NCBI GenBank assembly: GCA_964016885.1
Contig: OZ024747.1
Location: forward strand, 50,406,001-50,470,000
DNA: 64,000 nt
Source: Eledone cirrhosa
Lineage: Eukaryota
Direction: 5' to 3'
Shown here: piece by piece, positions 45,232 to 60,619 of the stretch
Layout of the letters: the number at the start of each line of letters is the position of its first letter
Numbering within the stretch: the stretch's first letter is position 1
Notes under the pieces: generated by a model
Databases searched by the model: none
The model's input: only the letters and a program-made list of their open reading frames with translations
What the model was told of the DNA's origin: nothing
Program-made: the position numbers and the translations under genes

Positions 45232-45610
45232 TTTGAGTTCAAATCTCGCCGAGGTTAACTTTTACTTTTCATCCTTACGGGGTCGATAAAATAAAGTACC
45301 AGTAATACACTGGGATAATTGCTGGCCTTGTGCCAAACGTAGAAACAATTATGTGTCCTTCTCACTTAGTGTATCAAGGACTTCATTATCTAATGTGTCC
45401 TTCTCACATAGTGTATCAAAGACTACATCATATAATTGTTTCTACTTTTGGCACAAGGCCAGCAATTATCACAGTGTATTACTGGTACTTTATTTTATCG
45501 ACCCCGTAAGGATGAAAGACAAAGTTAACCTCAGCGGGATTTGAACTCAGTCCGTAAAGGAAAGTAACTGTGCTGCAAACATGGCGTCCGACCCTCTACC
45601 GATACTGCCA
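45232..45610. mobile_element. Two Deu/Nin-core SINEs in inverted (tail-to-tail) orientation: 45232-45352 (+) and 45434-45610 (-)
   Basis: Core and 3' motifs read on opposite strands, ~80 bp apart. Confidence 0.85.
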
Positions 45611-45930
45611 TGTAATGTGTCCTTCTCACATAGTGTATCAAAGACTACATCACATAATGTATGAAGGATTTCTCTGTCTAATGTGTCCTGCCATAGTGTA
45701 TCTTGGTTATTATAAAATGCATCCTTTAGACATAGTCTATCTTTGACTACATTATAGAATGTGTTTGTAAAACATAGTGGATCATGTACTACATTATCTA
45801 AAGATTCTTTTATACATAGTGTATCTTGGACTAAATTACCCAATGTGTTCTACTGAAATAGTGTATCTAGGACTGCATTGTCAACTGTGTCCCTTAGACA
45901 TAGTGTAATCTAGGATTACATAATCTAACT
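45350..45930. repeat. Degenerate ~40-bp minisatellite (aatgtgtccttctcacatagtgtatcaaagactacatcat)
   Basis: Recurring catagtgtatc..gactaca blocks, interrupted by a SINE. Confidence 0.75.
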
Positions 45931-46324
45931 TACCATGTACCGAGAAACAAATGGAACAAGTCATCGAAGAGCCACCGGAGCTCACGAAGGATGATAAAAC
46001 CTGTTAGAAATAGCAGCCAGGTCTCTCACAAATCGCATACATTTGTCTTCAAGATGGAAGGTCGCTTGGAGAGGATGTTCAAGCAAAAAAGGCAGGCTTG
46101 TCATTGCCGAAAAGATTTCTATTCCATGGTTTGTACTTATCCAACATGGACATTCAATGTGCTAAAAACAATAGCCAAATCTTTCTCAATCTGTATAAAT
46201 GTAGAGTACAATAAATAATGTAGTTACAGATATATTAAGTTTGTATAAAATATGGAATGGTCACGGTTGGAAGACCTTTGATCCCATGTCTACTTAATCA
46301 AAGATGATTTGGTACTGAATAATA

Positions 46325-46770
46325 GATTTTGTTCTAGGCACAAAGTCAGCAATTTGGTCGGTAGATTGGGAGAACGTCTATTAATCTACCCCAGAACTTG
46401 ATTAGTACTTTAATCTATCGGCCCCGGAAGGATGAACACAACATTGAGCTCGGTTTGACTTGAAATAAGAATGTGAACAGCTGGAACTTCTAAACATTTA
46501 TCTGACATTCTAACCACACTACACATTTACCACCTTCTTACTTCTAAATAATGATTTCTGATTTAGGCACCAGGCCAGCAATTTTGGGAGAGGGGGAAGT
46601 CAATTATATCGACCCCAGTGCATTACTGGTACTTTATTCTATCGACACCCGTAAGGTTGAAAAGCAAAGCTAAACTCGGCAGGATTTGAACTCAGATCGT
46701 AAATGGGCGTAACCGTATGCCATAAAGAATGTTGTCTGACGCTCTACCGATTCTGCCAATCAACCGCCCT
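46325..46770 (-). mobile_element. Two minus-strand SINE copies (46325-46520 old; 46555-46770)
   Basis: ggcac.aggccagcaatt..ctggtacttt..gatttgaactcag..ctctaccgattctgccaatc. Confidence 0.8.
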
Positions 46771-46789
46771 TCCCCACTATTAAATAATA

Positions 46790-47780
46790 ACACCAACAAG
46801 CACAACAGTAATAACAACGGCGACATCTACGACAGTTAAAATACAACAACAGCACCACCACCAACAACAATAACAACAACAGCAACAACAATGACAACAG
46901 CAATAATATCAACAACAGCAATGACCATTACAACAACAACAGCCAACAACAATAACAACAACAGCAACAACAACAACAGCAATAATATCAACAACAGCAA
47001 TGACCATTACAACAACAACAGCCAACAGCAACAACAACAGCAACAACAATGACAACAGCAATAATATCAACAACAGCAATGACCATTACAACAACAACAA
47101 CAGCCAACAGCAACAACAACAGCAACAACAACAACAACAGCAATTACCATTACAACAACAACAGCCAACAGCAACAACAACAGCAACAACAACAACAGCA
47201 ATTACCATTACAACAACAACAGCAATTACCATTACAACAACAACAGCCAACAGCAACAACAACAACAGCAACAACAATGACAACAGCAATGTTCCATTAC
47301 AACAACAACAGCCAACAGCAACAACAACAGCAACAACAATGACAACAGCAATGACCATTACAACAACAACAACAGCCAACAGAAACAACAACAGCAACAA
47401 CAACAGCAACAACAATGACAACAGCAATGACCATTACAACAACAACAACAGCCAACAGAAACAACAACCGCAACAACAACAGCAACAACAATGACAACAG
47501 CAATGACCATTACAACAACAACAACAGCCAACAGAAACAACAACAGCAACAACAACAGCAACAACAATGACAACAGCAATGACCATTACAACAACAACAA
47601 CAGCCAACAGCAACAACAACAGCAACAACAATGACAACAGCAATGACCATTACAACAACAACAACAGCCAACAGAAACAACAACAGCAACAACAACAACA
47701 ACAACAGCAATTACCATTACAACAACAACAGCCAACAGCAACAACAATGACAATAAACAACTACAACTACAACAACAAAA
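46790..47780. repeat. CAA/CAG-derived compound minisatellite
   Basis: Recurring aatgaccattacaacaacaacagccaacag units. Confidence 0.92.
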
Positions 47781-48168
47781 TGCTGAGATCCGCTGAGTCG
47801 GTAGAGCAACCTAGAAGCGGCATGTCGCTCATTTCTTGTTCACCTGCTCTGAAGCCAGCCAACATAAGTGGTGTAATATACACCACAAGTGTTTTGGTGC
47901 ACACACGCGTGTGCATCAGATGCAATCAATTAGTGGAAAGTTCTGCATCGAATGCAGACATGCAATAAAACTAAATTAGTGTCGCTTGATCGATTCCTAA
48001 TAAATAATCGATACCTGCAGAAACTATTTAATTTACTTGGTTTCCTTTAATTAGCATACATATATTTGTGTATATGTATGTATGTGTATGTATGTATATG
48101 TGTATGTATGTATGTATGTATGTATGTATGTATGTATGTATGTATGTACGTATGTATGTATATCTATA

Positions 48169-48230
<62 letters not shown>

Positions 48231-48253
48231 AGGAGAGAGAGAGAGAGAGAAAG

Positions 48254-48285
<32 letters not shown>

Positions 48286-48328
48286 AGATAGGCAGATAGA
48301 TAAATGAATAGAGACAGAGATAGAAGTC

Positions 48329-48394
<66 letters not shown>

Positions 48395-48431
48395 TATATT
48401 ATATTATATTATATTATATTATATATTATGT

Positions 48432-48485
<54 letters not shown>

Positions 48486-48574
48486 TTTGTGTGTGTGAAT
48501 GTATATATGTATTTATATTCATGTATGCCTATGAATAAATTTATATATATAATTATGAAATTAACCCCATCCCC

Positions 48575-48646
<72 letters not shown>

Positions 48647-49011
48647 AACACATTTGTATATTTTTATCTTTATAGGTGAATGTAGATATCCATATATCCA
48701 TATATATATATACTTATATCACTATATATGTGTTATTAGAGAGTAGAAGAGAAATAGTTTTTTAAAAAGCTGCTACTAAATATGGACCTATTGATATAAA
48801 AGATCCGAACTGGTACCAGACACAATGTCTTGTGGTATTAGTTCTGTCACTGTTGGCTCGGTCCCGTTCTGGTGAGCTTTCTCTCTCTCTCTCTCATACA
48901 CACACATACGCCCCCCCTCTCTCTCTCTCTCACACACACACGAAACCAGCCCAAGCTGTATCTGTCATCCATCGTATCTTTTCGTAAGTAGTTGTAAGCT
49001 AGTATCTTGCC

Positions 49012-49195
49012 GTAGATTGGCAGTATCGGTAGAGGGTCGGACGCCATGCTTTCAAGCATAGTTACGTCCCTTTACGATCTGAGTTCAAATCCCGCCGAGG
49101 TTGACTTTGCCTTTCATCCTTATGGGCTCGATAAAATAAAGTACCAGTAATGCACTGGGTAATTGCTGGCCTTGTGCCTAAAGTAGAAACAAGTA
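49012..49195 (+). mobile_element. Full-length Deu/Nin-core SINE with probable TSD
   Basis: Canonical copy. agtatcttgccgtagat before and agtatcttcccgtagat after form a 17-bp near-perfect target-site duplication. Confidence 0.88.
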
Positions 49196-49517
49196 TCTTC
49201 CCGTAGATCTGATAAAATAAATCTGTTGTCGTGTCAATAAAGACCAGGCGAAACTATTCAAGTCTTCTGTTCCTTCTACAGAAGAAACCCTTTAGTTTCA
49301 CAAAGTATTCAATTGAAGAACCTAGCTTAAATAATATCGTTATTAAGCGTCAGTATATAATTTATATACACTATACAGATGTGTTGCTAAAAATACATAC
49401 ATACACTGACAAATATGTGTGATTGTATCTTTGTTTAAAAATCATTTCGTCTCTAAATAAATGTGGTTGTTTGAGGTTTGAATATGTCAATTTTCATTTT
49501 CTCTGTATCTACATATA

Positions 49518-49569
<52 letters not shown>

Positions 49570-49672
49570 CAACGTATGTATGTATGTATGTATGTATGTC
49601 TGACATATATACACGTGTGTGTATCTGTATATTTATTTACTTAGATGCTGATGTCAAATGTATGCCTGGTTT

Positions 49673-49708
<36 letters not shown>

Positions 49709-49731
49709 AAACCAGGCATACATTTATATAT

Positions 49732-49804
<73 letters not shown>

Positions 49805-49860
49805 CATATATACATATATATACATGTATATATATATACACACGCATACACATACACACG

Positions 49861-49891
<31 letters not shown>

Positions 49892-50256
49892 GTGTGTGTG
49901 TGTATATATATACGACGAGATAGTCCATAGCTAATTAATTAAAGATGCAATGCTTAAAGTCTTAACAATTTAGCGTCTGGTCTTTAGGTTTAATGTTTCG
50001 ACTTTTAAATTTAATAGTTCAACCATTAGCTTAAATGTTTGATCTTCAAGTTTTAAGTTTTTGACTTTTGACCATAAGATGTAATGGTTGATCATCTCTC
50101 GCTCTTTACTAATTCGATGATGTATTTTTTTTTTTTATTATGGTTTTGCTTTCAATAATTTCCATAATTTTGTTTATCTCAGACTCCATCAAGTTTCTTT
50201 GAAACAAGTAGACGTCGTAAAAAACAACAACAGCAACAACAACAGCAACAACATCA

Positions 50257-50309
<53 letters not shown>

Positions 50310-51280
50310 TGTTTCTACGTTAGGCACAAGGCCAGCAATTACCCAGTGCATTACTGGTACTTTTATTTTATCGACCCCGTAAGGATGAAAGGCAAAGTCA
50401 ACCTCGGCGGGATTTGAACTCAGATCGTAAAGGGACGTAACTATGCTAGAAAGCATGGCGTCCGACCCTCTACCGATACTGCCAATAATAATGATTTCAT
50501 TTATTAGCCACAAGGACCGACATGTAGGGGACAATACAAAGACAGGGACAGTGGGCGTTTACAATAAGGTCGAGTAAAAGTGCACAATGGCAAGACTAAT
50601 TTAACAATGAAGATATAAAAATATAAAATAAACTATGCATAAATATAACAAAATAAATTCCCCGATAGGGGGTGGACGACCCTGGGGTGACTCGGGTACC
50701 CCACCAATCCTAATAATAATAATAATCATTATTATTATTATTCTGCCGAGGTTGACTTTGCCTTTCATCCTTACGGGGTCGATAAAATAAAGTACCAGTA
50801 ATGCACTGGGTAATTGCTGGCCTTGTGCCAAAAGTAGAAACAATTATTATTATTATAAATTATTATTATTATTATAACATTGGATTGGCAGTATCGGTAG
50901 AGCGTCGGACAACATGCTTTACTGTGTTTAGTTACGACTTTCTAATTTCTGAGTTCAAATCCCGCCGAGGTTAACTTTGCATTTCATCCTTACGGGGTCG
51001 ATAAAATAAAGTACCAGTAATGCACTGGATAGTTTTAATCGACTCCACTTCTTAAATGGTACTTTATTTTATCAACCTCAGAAGGAAGAATGGTGAAGCT
51101 AACATGGAAGGTCGTTGCTAAACACTGCAATTTGCCCGACATTCTAACCGTTTGCCAATCCATCGCTTTAAAAGAACAATAATAATTGTTTCTACTTTTG
51201 GCACAAGGCCAGCAATTACCCAGTGCATTACTGGTGCTTTATTTTATCGAATAATAATGATTTCATTCGTGAGTTTTATA

Positions 51281-51557
51281 TCGAATAATAATAATATTCG
51301 ATTCGTTTGCAAGAAAACAGCCTCATAACGTATGTGTTTTGGACGACCATCATCATTCTTTTGTTCTAGCGGTGGCAGAGAGAAACAGTCGACAATAAAG
51401 AGAGATGCACAATCTTGACAAAGGGCAATAACTCTGAACAATTGTCAACTGTTTCTCTCTGTCACCGCTAGAACAATAGGATGCGATAGTCGTGTAAAAC
51501 ACATAGTGTCATGAGGTTGTTTGCTTGCAAACGAACCGAATATCATTATTATTCGAG
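51281..51557. mobile_element. MITE-like fold-back element with ~115-bp imperfect inverted arms
   Basis: ttcgtttgcaag..ttgttctagcggtggcagagagaaacagtcgacaat versus attgtcaactgtttctctctgtcaccgctagaacaa..cttgcaaacgaa. Confidence 0.8.
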
Positions 51558-51558
51558 A

Positions 51559-52145
51559 ATTATTTACGATCTGAGTTCAAATCCCGCCGAGGTTAACTTT
51601 GCCTTTCATCCTTACGGGGTCGATAGAATAAAGTACCAGTAATGTACTGGGTGATTGCTGGCCTTGTGCCTAAAAGTAGAAACAATTATTATTCGACAAT
51701 TATTTACGATCTGAGTTCAAATCCCGCCGAGGTTAACTTTGCCTTACATCCTTACGGGGTCGATAAAATAAAGTACCAGTAATGCACTGGGTAATTTTCT
51801 GGCCTTGTGCCTAAAAGTAGAAACAATTATTATTCGACAATTATTTACGATCTGAGTTCAAATCCCGCCGAGGTTAACTTTGCCTTTCATCCTTACGGGG
51901 GTCGATAGAATAAAGTACCAGTAATGTACTGGGTAATTGCTGGCCTTGTGCCTAAAAGTAGAAACAATTATTATTCGACAATTATTTACGATCTGAGTTC
52001 AAATCCCGCCGAGGTTATCTTTGCCTTTCATCCTTACGGGGTCGATAAAATAAACTACCAGTCACGCACTGGGGTCGATTTAATCGACTTTCCCCTCCCC
52101 CAAAATTGCTGGCCTTGTGCCTATATAAGAAACCATTATTATTCG
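51559..52145 (+). repeat. Tandem array of four 140-141-bp headless SINE units
   Basis: ctgagttcaaatcccgccgagg starts at 51571, 51711, 51852 and 51993. Confidence 0.92.
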
Positions 52146-54169
52146 ACAATTATTATTCGATGGATTGGCAGTATCGGTAGAGCTTCAGATACCATGCTTT
52201 GCAGCATAGAGTTAGGGCCCTTTACGTTCTGAGTTCAAATCCCGCTGAGGTAAACTTTACCTTTCATCCTTACGGGGTCTATAAAATAAAGCACCAGTAA
52301 TGCACTGTGTAATTGCTGGCCTTGTGCCAATTATTATTCGATATAAAACTCACGAAGGCATTTATGTATCTATGTTTGGAAGAAAACAAATTTTGTTTTT
52401 AATAATTGTTTCTACATTTGTCACACGGCCAGTAATTATCCCAGTGCATTACTGGTACTTTATTTTATCGACTCCGGGATTTCAACTCAGAACGTAAAGG
52501 GCTATAACCCTATGCTGCAAAGCATGGAGTTATGGCCCTTTGTTTATAATAACGATTTCTTTTTTAGCCACAAGGGTTTGCACATATAGTATATTGAATA
52601 TTATAAATATATGATAGCGTTATAAATAAAGTTATATAAAATTTTGTTGGGCCACAGATGTTATATAATAGACGGATTAAAGTTTAATAAAACATGTGGA
52701 TTGGCAGTTTCGGTAGAGCATCGGACAGCATGCTTTGAGTCATAGAGTTACGGCCCTTTACGTTCTGACTTCAAATCTCGCCGAGGTTAGCTTTGCCTTT
52801 CATCCTTACGCTGCCCCAAAATTGCTGAAATCATTATTATGAAACGTAAAAATCAATTAGGTTTATCTCTCCTCGACTCCACCCACATGTAGGTGGGGAC
52901 CCTCTAGTTAAGCTAGAACATCCCACATTTCTCCCCGACCATTATTTACTTTCTAAGGATCACCGGAATCACCTGCAAGCATTTTTTCGGGGTGTCCTGT
53001 TGAACGAAAGCACCCACATCTGGACAAATCTACTTTATTTTTGCGAATACTTCATTTGTTGTTAAACGTGTTTATCATCCGAATGTTCTCAATCTACGTG
53101 TTGCGTGATTTTCTCCTCCAATTCCTACACAGTTCTACTAGTTCTGACCTCTCTGTAAGAATCACACTCTTCAATCCGTTTTCAGAACCTTTCTAATTCT
53201 TTTCTAGCATCGTCCGGTTTTCCTCAGCTCCACTTCCCACAGGGACTATCCTTACATACAGTAACGTGTTATAAAAAAGGAGATTACAAAAAGACGGTGA
53301 ATTTCCCTAAAAACTGCGTTGATGATAATATTTTTTTATGAAGTACACAGTCAGTTTCATGTCCATTTAAGAAAAGCCTAGTCTGTTGATAAAACAACTC
53401 GAATACAGGCCGTAGGAGCCGGCACAGATACAGTAACAACATATTCATTTCCAAAATTGCCAGTTAGCAACTCAGGTGTAGAAGCAGGTACTTCCAGTAA
53501 CTAATATATAGCTGTTTGCAAACTGTTCAATTAGTTCCCATCAGCAGTCTATCCTATACACATTCCATATAATCACCCCCCCCCCTCTTCTTCAATTTGT
53601 ACTTTATATCTTTCTGTACTTCATCACTTCTTCGTTGGCTATTTAAAGGTCTGTGAACTTCAAACAGTCCCAGAAAAAGAGAGTCTCCTTCTCTAATGTT
53701 TTACCCCCTTTCCTTTTAAGTTCCTCGTTTTTTTTAGGAGCATTTTTTTCTTTTATTCACCAGTCTTCGCAAACCTGACATCCCCGTCTATTCTTCCCCT
53801 CTTCTTCAATATTCAAAAGATGGAGTAGTCTACTCCCAGTGAAAGGTGGGGGGTTACCCTGTTTATTGATTCTTGATACTGAGAAGTGGAGGTGGGGAGT
53901 AATTCCTTACATTATCCCTAGAACTACTATTGGAGTGGCGGCTGATGAAACTCTGGAAACAACAGCTTTAACAGACCTTCTGTTAATATTTCTGCCTTTG
54001 ACATTGTATGCTTTCTCGGTATCTTATGTAAAGAAAGTCCTAAAGTGGCCTTTAATTCCACATGTGTAATATGTGGGTGGGAGGGTTTCAGTCTTCAACA
54101 CCAGTTCTTCTCTCTGCTCCCACAATAATGTAAAACTCCAGTAACGTTCTCTGGTCATATTATAAAGGT

Positions 54170-54355
54170 TTCTGAATTAGGCACAAGACCAATAATTTTC
54201 GGGGAGAGGAAAGTCGATTAAGTCGACCCCAGTGTATTATTTCATCGAACCCGTAAGGATGAAAGGCAAAGTTAACCCCGGCGGGATTTAAACTGAGAAC
54301 TTCTATCCTGCAGAGCATGGTGTCCGGTGCTCTACCGATTCTGCCAATCCACCAC
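54170..54355 (-). mobile_element. Deu/Nin-core SINE
   Basis: ggcacaagaccaataatt..ccgtaaggatgaaaggcaaag..ctctaccgattctgccaatcc. Confidence 0.82.
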
Positions 54356-55144
54356 CATCTTTGGTAATATCATAATGATTTCCTTTATTGGCTAGAAGGG
54401 TTCAGGCCTTTGGTTTGGGGACAATAAAAGGACGAAACCCACCACAAAGTGAGGTTTACAATTGAGTAAGGGGGAAATTAACGAATTAACGAAAGGAAAC
54501 AGTAGATATAACAATAACAACTATGATAATAAATAGTAATAATAACAATACAAAATAATAATAAATTAATAATTAAAATTGGTTTCTTTATTGTATTGGC
54601 AACAACGGTGCAGCAAATAATCACTGATAAAATTCTTTATAATCAAATATAATGATTTGTATAGAGTATGTTAGATAGAATGTCCATGTATGTAGAAGCT
54701 ATTTAAACAGTTCCCATGAAAGACAAATAATTCAACTGGCTTTTAATGGAAATATTGGCAGATATTTCATAAATACTACTTATTCTACTAATATATAATT
54801 ATAACTTCTTTTCAATAGTTCCATATAAGGACGTTATGGCTCATATACACACATGTATGTGTATATATGTGTATATATGTGCGTATGTGTCTGGAGGTAT
54901 GCATGTATGTATACATACATATGTGTGTATACATATATATATGTGTATACATATATATGTGTGTATATATGTGCGTATGTGTCTGGAGGTATGCATGTGT
55001 GTATACATATATATGTGTGTATACATATATATGTGTGTATATATGTGGGTATGTGTCTGGAGGTATGCATGTGTGTATACATATATATGTGTGTATATAT
55101 GTGGGTATGTATGTGTGCGTGTATGTATGGAGGTATGCATGTGC

Positions 55145-55230
<86 letters not shown>

Positions 55231-55400
55231 CCGTGTGTATAGGTGTACGTGTGTATTTATGAGTGTGGATATATGAATATATTTGCATGTATGTGTGTAT
55301 ATATGTACGTGTGTATAAGTGTATGTGTGTATTTATGTGTGTATGCGTGTATGTGTGGGGGTATGCAAGTATGGATGACATCATGTATATATATGTGAGC

Positions 55401-55439
<39 letters not shown>

Positions 55440-55459
55440 AATATATATATATATGGCTG

Positions 55460-55492
<33 letters not shown>

Positions 55493-55979
55493 CTATAAAT
55501 ATACAAACACTATATACCCACATACATACACAAATAATCACACAGGCATATATATATGTATATATGCACACACAGATACAAATAATTGTATGTATGTTTG
55601 TATGTATGCATGTATTATGTATGTATGTATTTATATATATATGCATATATTTATGTATGTATTTATGTATGTATATATATATGTAAGTATGTATGTTTCC
55701 ATATATGTATTTATGCATGTATATATGTATATATGTATGTATTTATGTATGTATATATGTAAGTATGTACGTTTGCATATATGTATTTTTGCATGTATAT
55801 ATGTATGTATGTATGTATGTATTTATGTATGTATATATGTATATATGTATGTATGTATGTATGTATTTATGTATGTATATATGTAAGTATGTATGTTTGC
55901 ATATATGTATTTATGCATGTATATATGTATGTATGAATGTATGTATGTATTTATGTATGTATATATGTATGTATGTTTG

Positions 55980-56073
<94 letters not shown>

Positions 56074-56385
56074 TATATATATGTGTTTATATATATGTAT
56101 GTATATATGTATGTATATATATATGTATATATATGTATGCAATATGAAGGCACATATAGTTGTATTTATGTGTGACTAATTCAATATTTTGTTTCTTGCT
56201 CCGCCGTTATAAATAATTAGTTTGTATTCATCTTAGACACATATGTAACACCACCTGCACATATATAAACACATAAACACATACATACCTACATACATAT
56301 ATACACATGAATGTATGTTGAATATGTTCATGCATAGACACGCGTACATAAACATATGCACAGTAAAAATATACAACCATACAAC

Positions 56386-56433
<48 letters not shown>

Positions 56434-56511
56434 CATATGTATATAATATGTGTGTGTGTGTGTGTGTGTGCAAGTAAGTGACTGTATGTGTGAGTGTGCA
56501 TGTTTTGTATG

Positions 56512-56543
<32 letters not shown>

Positions 56544-56570
56544 GAAGAGAGAGAGAGAAAGAGAAAGAGG

Positions 56571-56651
<81 letters not shown>

Positions 56652-57258
56652 TTAGTGCCTGTGTATATATATACGGGCATATGAGTGTGTATATGTGTGT
56701 GTCATTATATAAATACGTGTATGTGAATATTTTCTCAATCTACGTTTCATCAATTTTATTATATTTGCATCGAGCCGAATTTCATCATAGAAGGTTATCA
56801 ATCTCCGTTTATCGATGAGTTTGTGGTGCATTTGTGTAGAAATTATATATTTAACACATATATTTAATACGTCAATACCGCCATGTAATAATATGACTAC
56901 ATAAAGCCATGAAAACGAGGCTCTAAATTTTAATGATGGCTGTTGACTGAAGTTGATGACTTGGCGTATGTGTGTGGAACAATTGAGGTAGTGAGCTGGT
57001 CTAAAATGGCAGCTAGCTAAATCTCCAACCAACGCCACCGTCACCAGTCCAACACTTAATGGTCATTCAATGGTCATTCTTTATAGACGATGACCGTCAA
57101 GTAAAGACAAAAGAGGAAAATACATTTTTCTTCTCTTTATTCTTGTTGTTGTTGTTGTTTAAATGTCTGCTGAAGCAATTTTGTGCGGAGATGCAGACAT
57201 TTTCTCACGTCTTGAACTTAACACACACAAACACAAACACACACACACACAGACATAT

Positions 57259-57363
<105 letters not shown>

Positions 57364-57483
57364 TATATATATACATATATATTCAATATATATTTATATA
57401 TATATATATGTACATATATATTTAATATATATTTATATGTATATATAATATATATATATACATGTAGACATACATGTATACAT

Positions 57484-57553
<70 letters not shown>

Positions 57554-58451
57554 CTGTGTGTGTATGTGTGTATGTGTAGGAGTGTGTGTGTATATATGTA
57601 TGTGTTTACGTTGGCTATACTGAGCCCCAATTAATACTTAGATCACGTCCTTTTGAACGAATATTAGATTGTGAAATATATCAAAAGAGAGCTTCAAATT
57701 GTCTCTGGTAGCGCTTCAAATTCGATGACCAATGCTGACTGAAAATCTGTTTAACCTAGGTCTTTGCAATGACGTCAACGTTGGATTTTCTTTCATACTA
57801 CTAGTAACGATAATATTTCCGACAAAATTGCTTTGAATTCTGGAATTAATGAATACCACTTTCTCCCCCCCCCCCCTTACTCTCCCTTCTCTTCCTCATC
57901 TTCCTTCTTCACTTCCACCTCAAGCCTTTTCCCCCGCCTTCTTACCCGCCATCCTTTGCCACTCTGCTCTATCCTTCCTTCCAGTTTTCTAATCTTCTTT
58001 ATACTTGCTACTTTCTCAATAGCCTTCTACTTTCACTTTCATATTCCCTTCCTAGCCCCGCCCACCCTCTCTTTCTCTCTCTAATATAACTCTATAGCTC
58101 CCATTCTCTCTCTTTCTCATTCCTTTACCCTCATCCTATTTATACTTTTCCTACTCGTTTTAAATTTCTAATCTCCATTGCTATCAATCTCTCACAATCT
58201 GTTTCAATTCTGTCCACTCTGCTTTGCTTTGCTTTGCTTATATATTTTTTTATTTCATCTTCACGCCTCTTTCCCTCCCTCTCCTATCTTCTACCTTTCT
58301 CTTCTTTCTCCTTCTTTGGCCATTTTCTTTTTTCTCTTTTGTTTCTTTGTTGTGCGTGTGAATGTATGAATGTACACGACTGTGGCCTATGTGACTGTTT
58401 GTATTTCTGTGTGCAAATGTATATGCTTGTATATGTGTATGTATGTATGCG

Positions 58452-58484
<33 letters not shown>

Positions 58485-58510
58485 ATACATATATATATAT
58501 ATATATGTAT

Positions 58511-58601
<91 letters not shown>

Positions 58602-58872
58602 CATATATATATATACACATATATATATTATATGTATATACATTATATATATATGTGTGTGTATGTGTGTGTGTAGTATGTATGTATATGATATAATACA
58701 AATGTGTGTATTGCTTTCTCAGGCCACAAATTTCCAATATTCTAATCTTCGTAGTTATCAATTTCTCAGTTCACCTCAATCATACTCACTCACCTGCAAT
58801 CACACACATACAGGCTTACACGCATACACATCTACCTCACAACCTACATACACCCCCACCCCACATACACGC

Positions 58873-59094
<222 letters not shown>

Positions 59095-59369
59095 AGATTT
59101 AAATATACACACAAACACACACATATATATATGTGTATGTAGATTTAAATGCACACACACACACACACACACACCCACACACACACACACACACGTATAT
59201 ATGTGTGTATGTGTGCATATATATATATTTATTATGTTGGTATTCCTTTTCCCTCTTCTTTTCGTTGTTGTCTCTTGTCCTTTCAACCTCTCTCAGATTT
59301 ATGTAACATCCCCACCCCACCCCCATCAAGAATACCACCACTAACACCTCTAACACATCCCCACTATCT

Positions 59370-60505
59370 ACCAACACCCACTATTACCATTCCTTACACA
59401 ACTAGCCATACCACTGACACCACTAGCCATACCATTAACTTCAGCTTCAACAATAGCACCACCAATACCACCGCCGTCACCGCCAACACTAATGTCACAG
59501 GCATTACCACTAGCACCACCACCACCACCACCACCACCACCACCACCACCATCACCACCGCCACCACCAACACCACCACAACCACCAAAACCTCTACCAC
59601 CACCACCACAACTACCAACACCAAAACCTCTACCACCAACACCACCACCACCACAACTACCACCACCAAAACCTCTACCACCACCACCACCACCACCACC
59701 ACCACCACCACCACCACCAACACCACCAGCACCACCACCACCACCACAACCACCAAAACCTCTACCACCACCACCACAACTACCAACACCAAAACCTCTA
59801 CCACCAACACCACCACCACCACCACCACAACTACCAACACCAAAACCTCTACCACCAACACCACCACCACCATCACCACAACTACCACCACCAAGACCTC
59901 TACCACCACCACCACCACCACCACCACCACCACCACCGCCACCACCAACACCACCACAACCACCAAAACCTCTACCACCACCACCACAACTACCAACACC
60001 AAAACCTCTACCACCAACACCACCACCACCACAACTACCACCACCAAAACCTCTACCACCACCACCACCACCACCACCACCACCACCACCACCGCCACCA
60101 CCAACACCACCACAACCACCAAAACCTCTACCACCGCCACCACAACTACCAACACCAAAACCTCTACCACCAACACCACCACCACCACCACCACAACTAC
60201 CACCACCACCAACACAACCACCAACACCTCTACTGGCACCACCGCCATCACCACCACCAACATCTCTACCACCAACATCACCACCACCACCATCATCCAC
60301 CCTACCACCACCACCACCACCAACAACAACAACCGTAACAACACCACCACCAATAGCACTACCACCGACACCACTTTACCAGCACCACCACAACACCCAC
60401 ACCACCCTACCTCCACCATTAGCACTAGCATTATCTCCACTATTACCCCCCCCCACACACACACCACCACCAACACCACAAACAACAACAACAACAACAA
60501 CAACG
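59370..60505. repeat. (ACC)n-derived compound minisatellite
   Basis: Recurring accaaaacctctaccacc / acaactacc blocks. Confidence 0.92.
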
Positions 60506-60619
60506 CTATCAAAAACACGCGTGGCTGGCATGGGTGGAAAGCTTTTGAATATAGTCCTGCTTAATCAGGTCCTGGCCTGGGGCTAAATATAAACAAATCC
60601 CTTCTTAATCATTTTCTCT

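Larger units (their letters stand above)
50287..52830. mobile_element. Dense SINE cluster (>=11 full or partial copies on both strands)
   Basis: Copies at ~50305-50485(-), 50744-50850(+), 50881-51030(+), 51050-51170(-), 51183-51250(-), 51559-52145(+, x4), 52160-52335(+), 52403-52530(-), 52697-52830(+). Confidence 0.88.

Noticed and set aside
51559-52145. CRISPR-like or tRNA gene array
   Set aside because: Whole units are near-identical SINE bodies; there are no spacers and no cloverleaf.
53935-53975. ctgatga..gaaac hammerhead-like motif (also weak ones at ~905-980, ~18280-18330, ~23255-23300)
   Set aside because: Stems I/II or core nucleotides do not fit; at best decayed relics.
59149-60586. 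Thr-rich, Pro-rich or Gly-rich ORFs (mucin/extensin-like)
   Set aside because: (ACC)n-derived repeat open in most frames; the ORF starts lie in microsatellites. The same applies to 62992-63960, 47000-47968 and 28688-29183.
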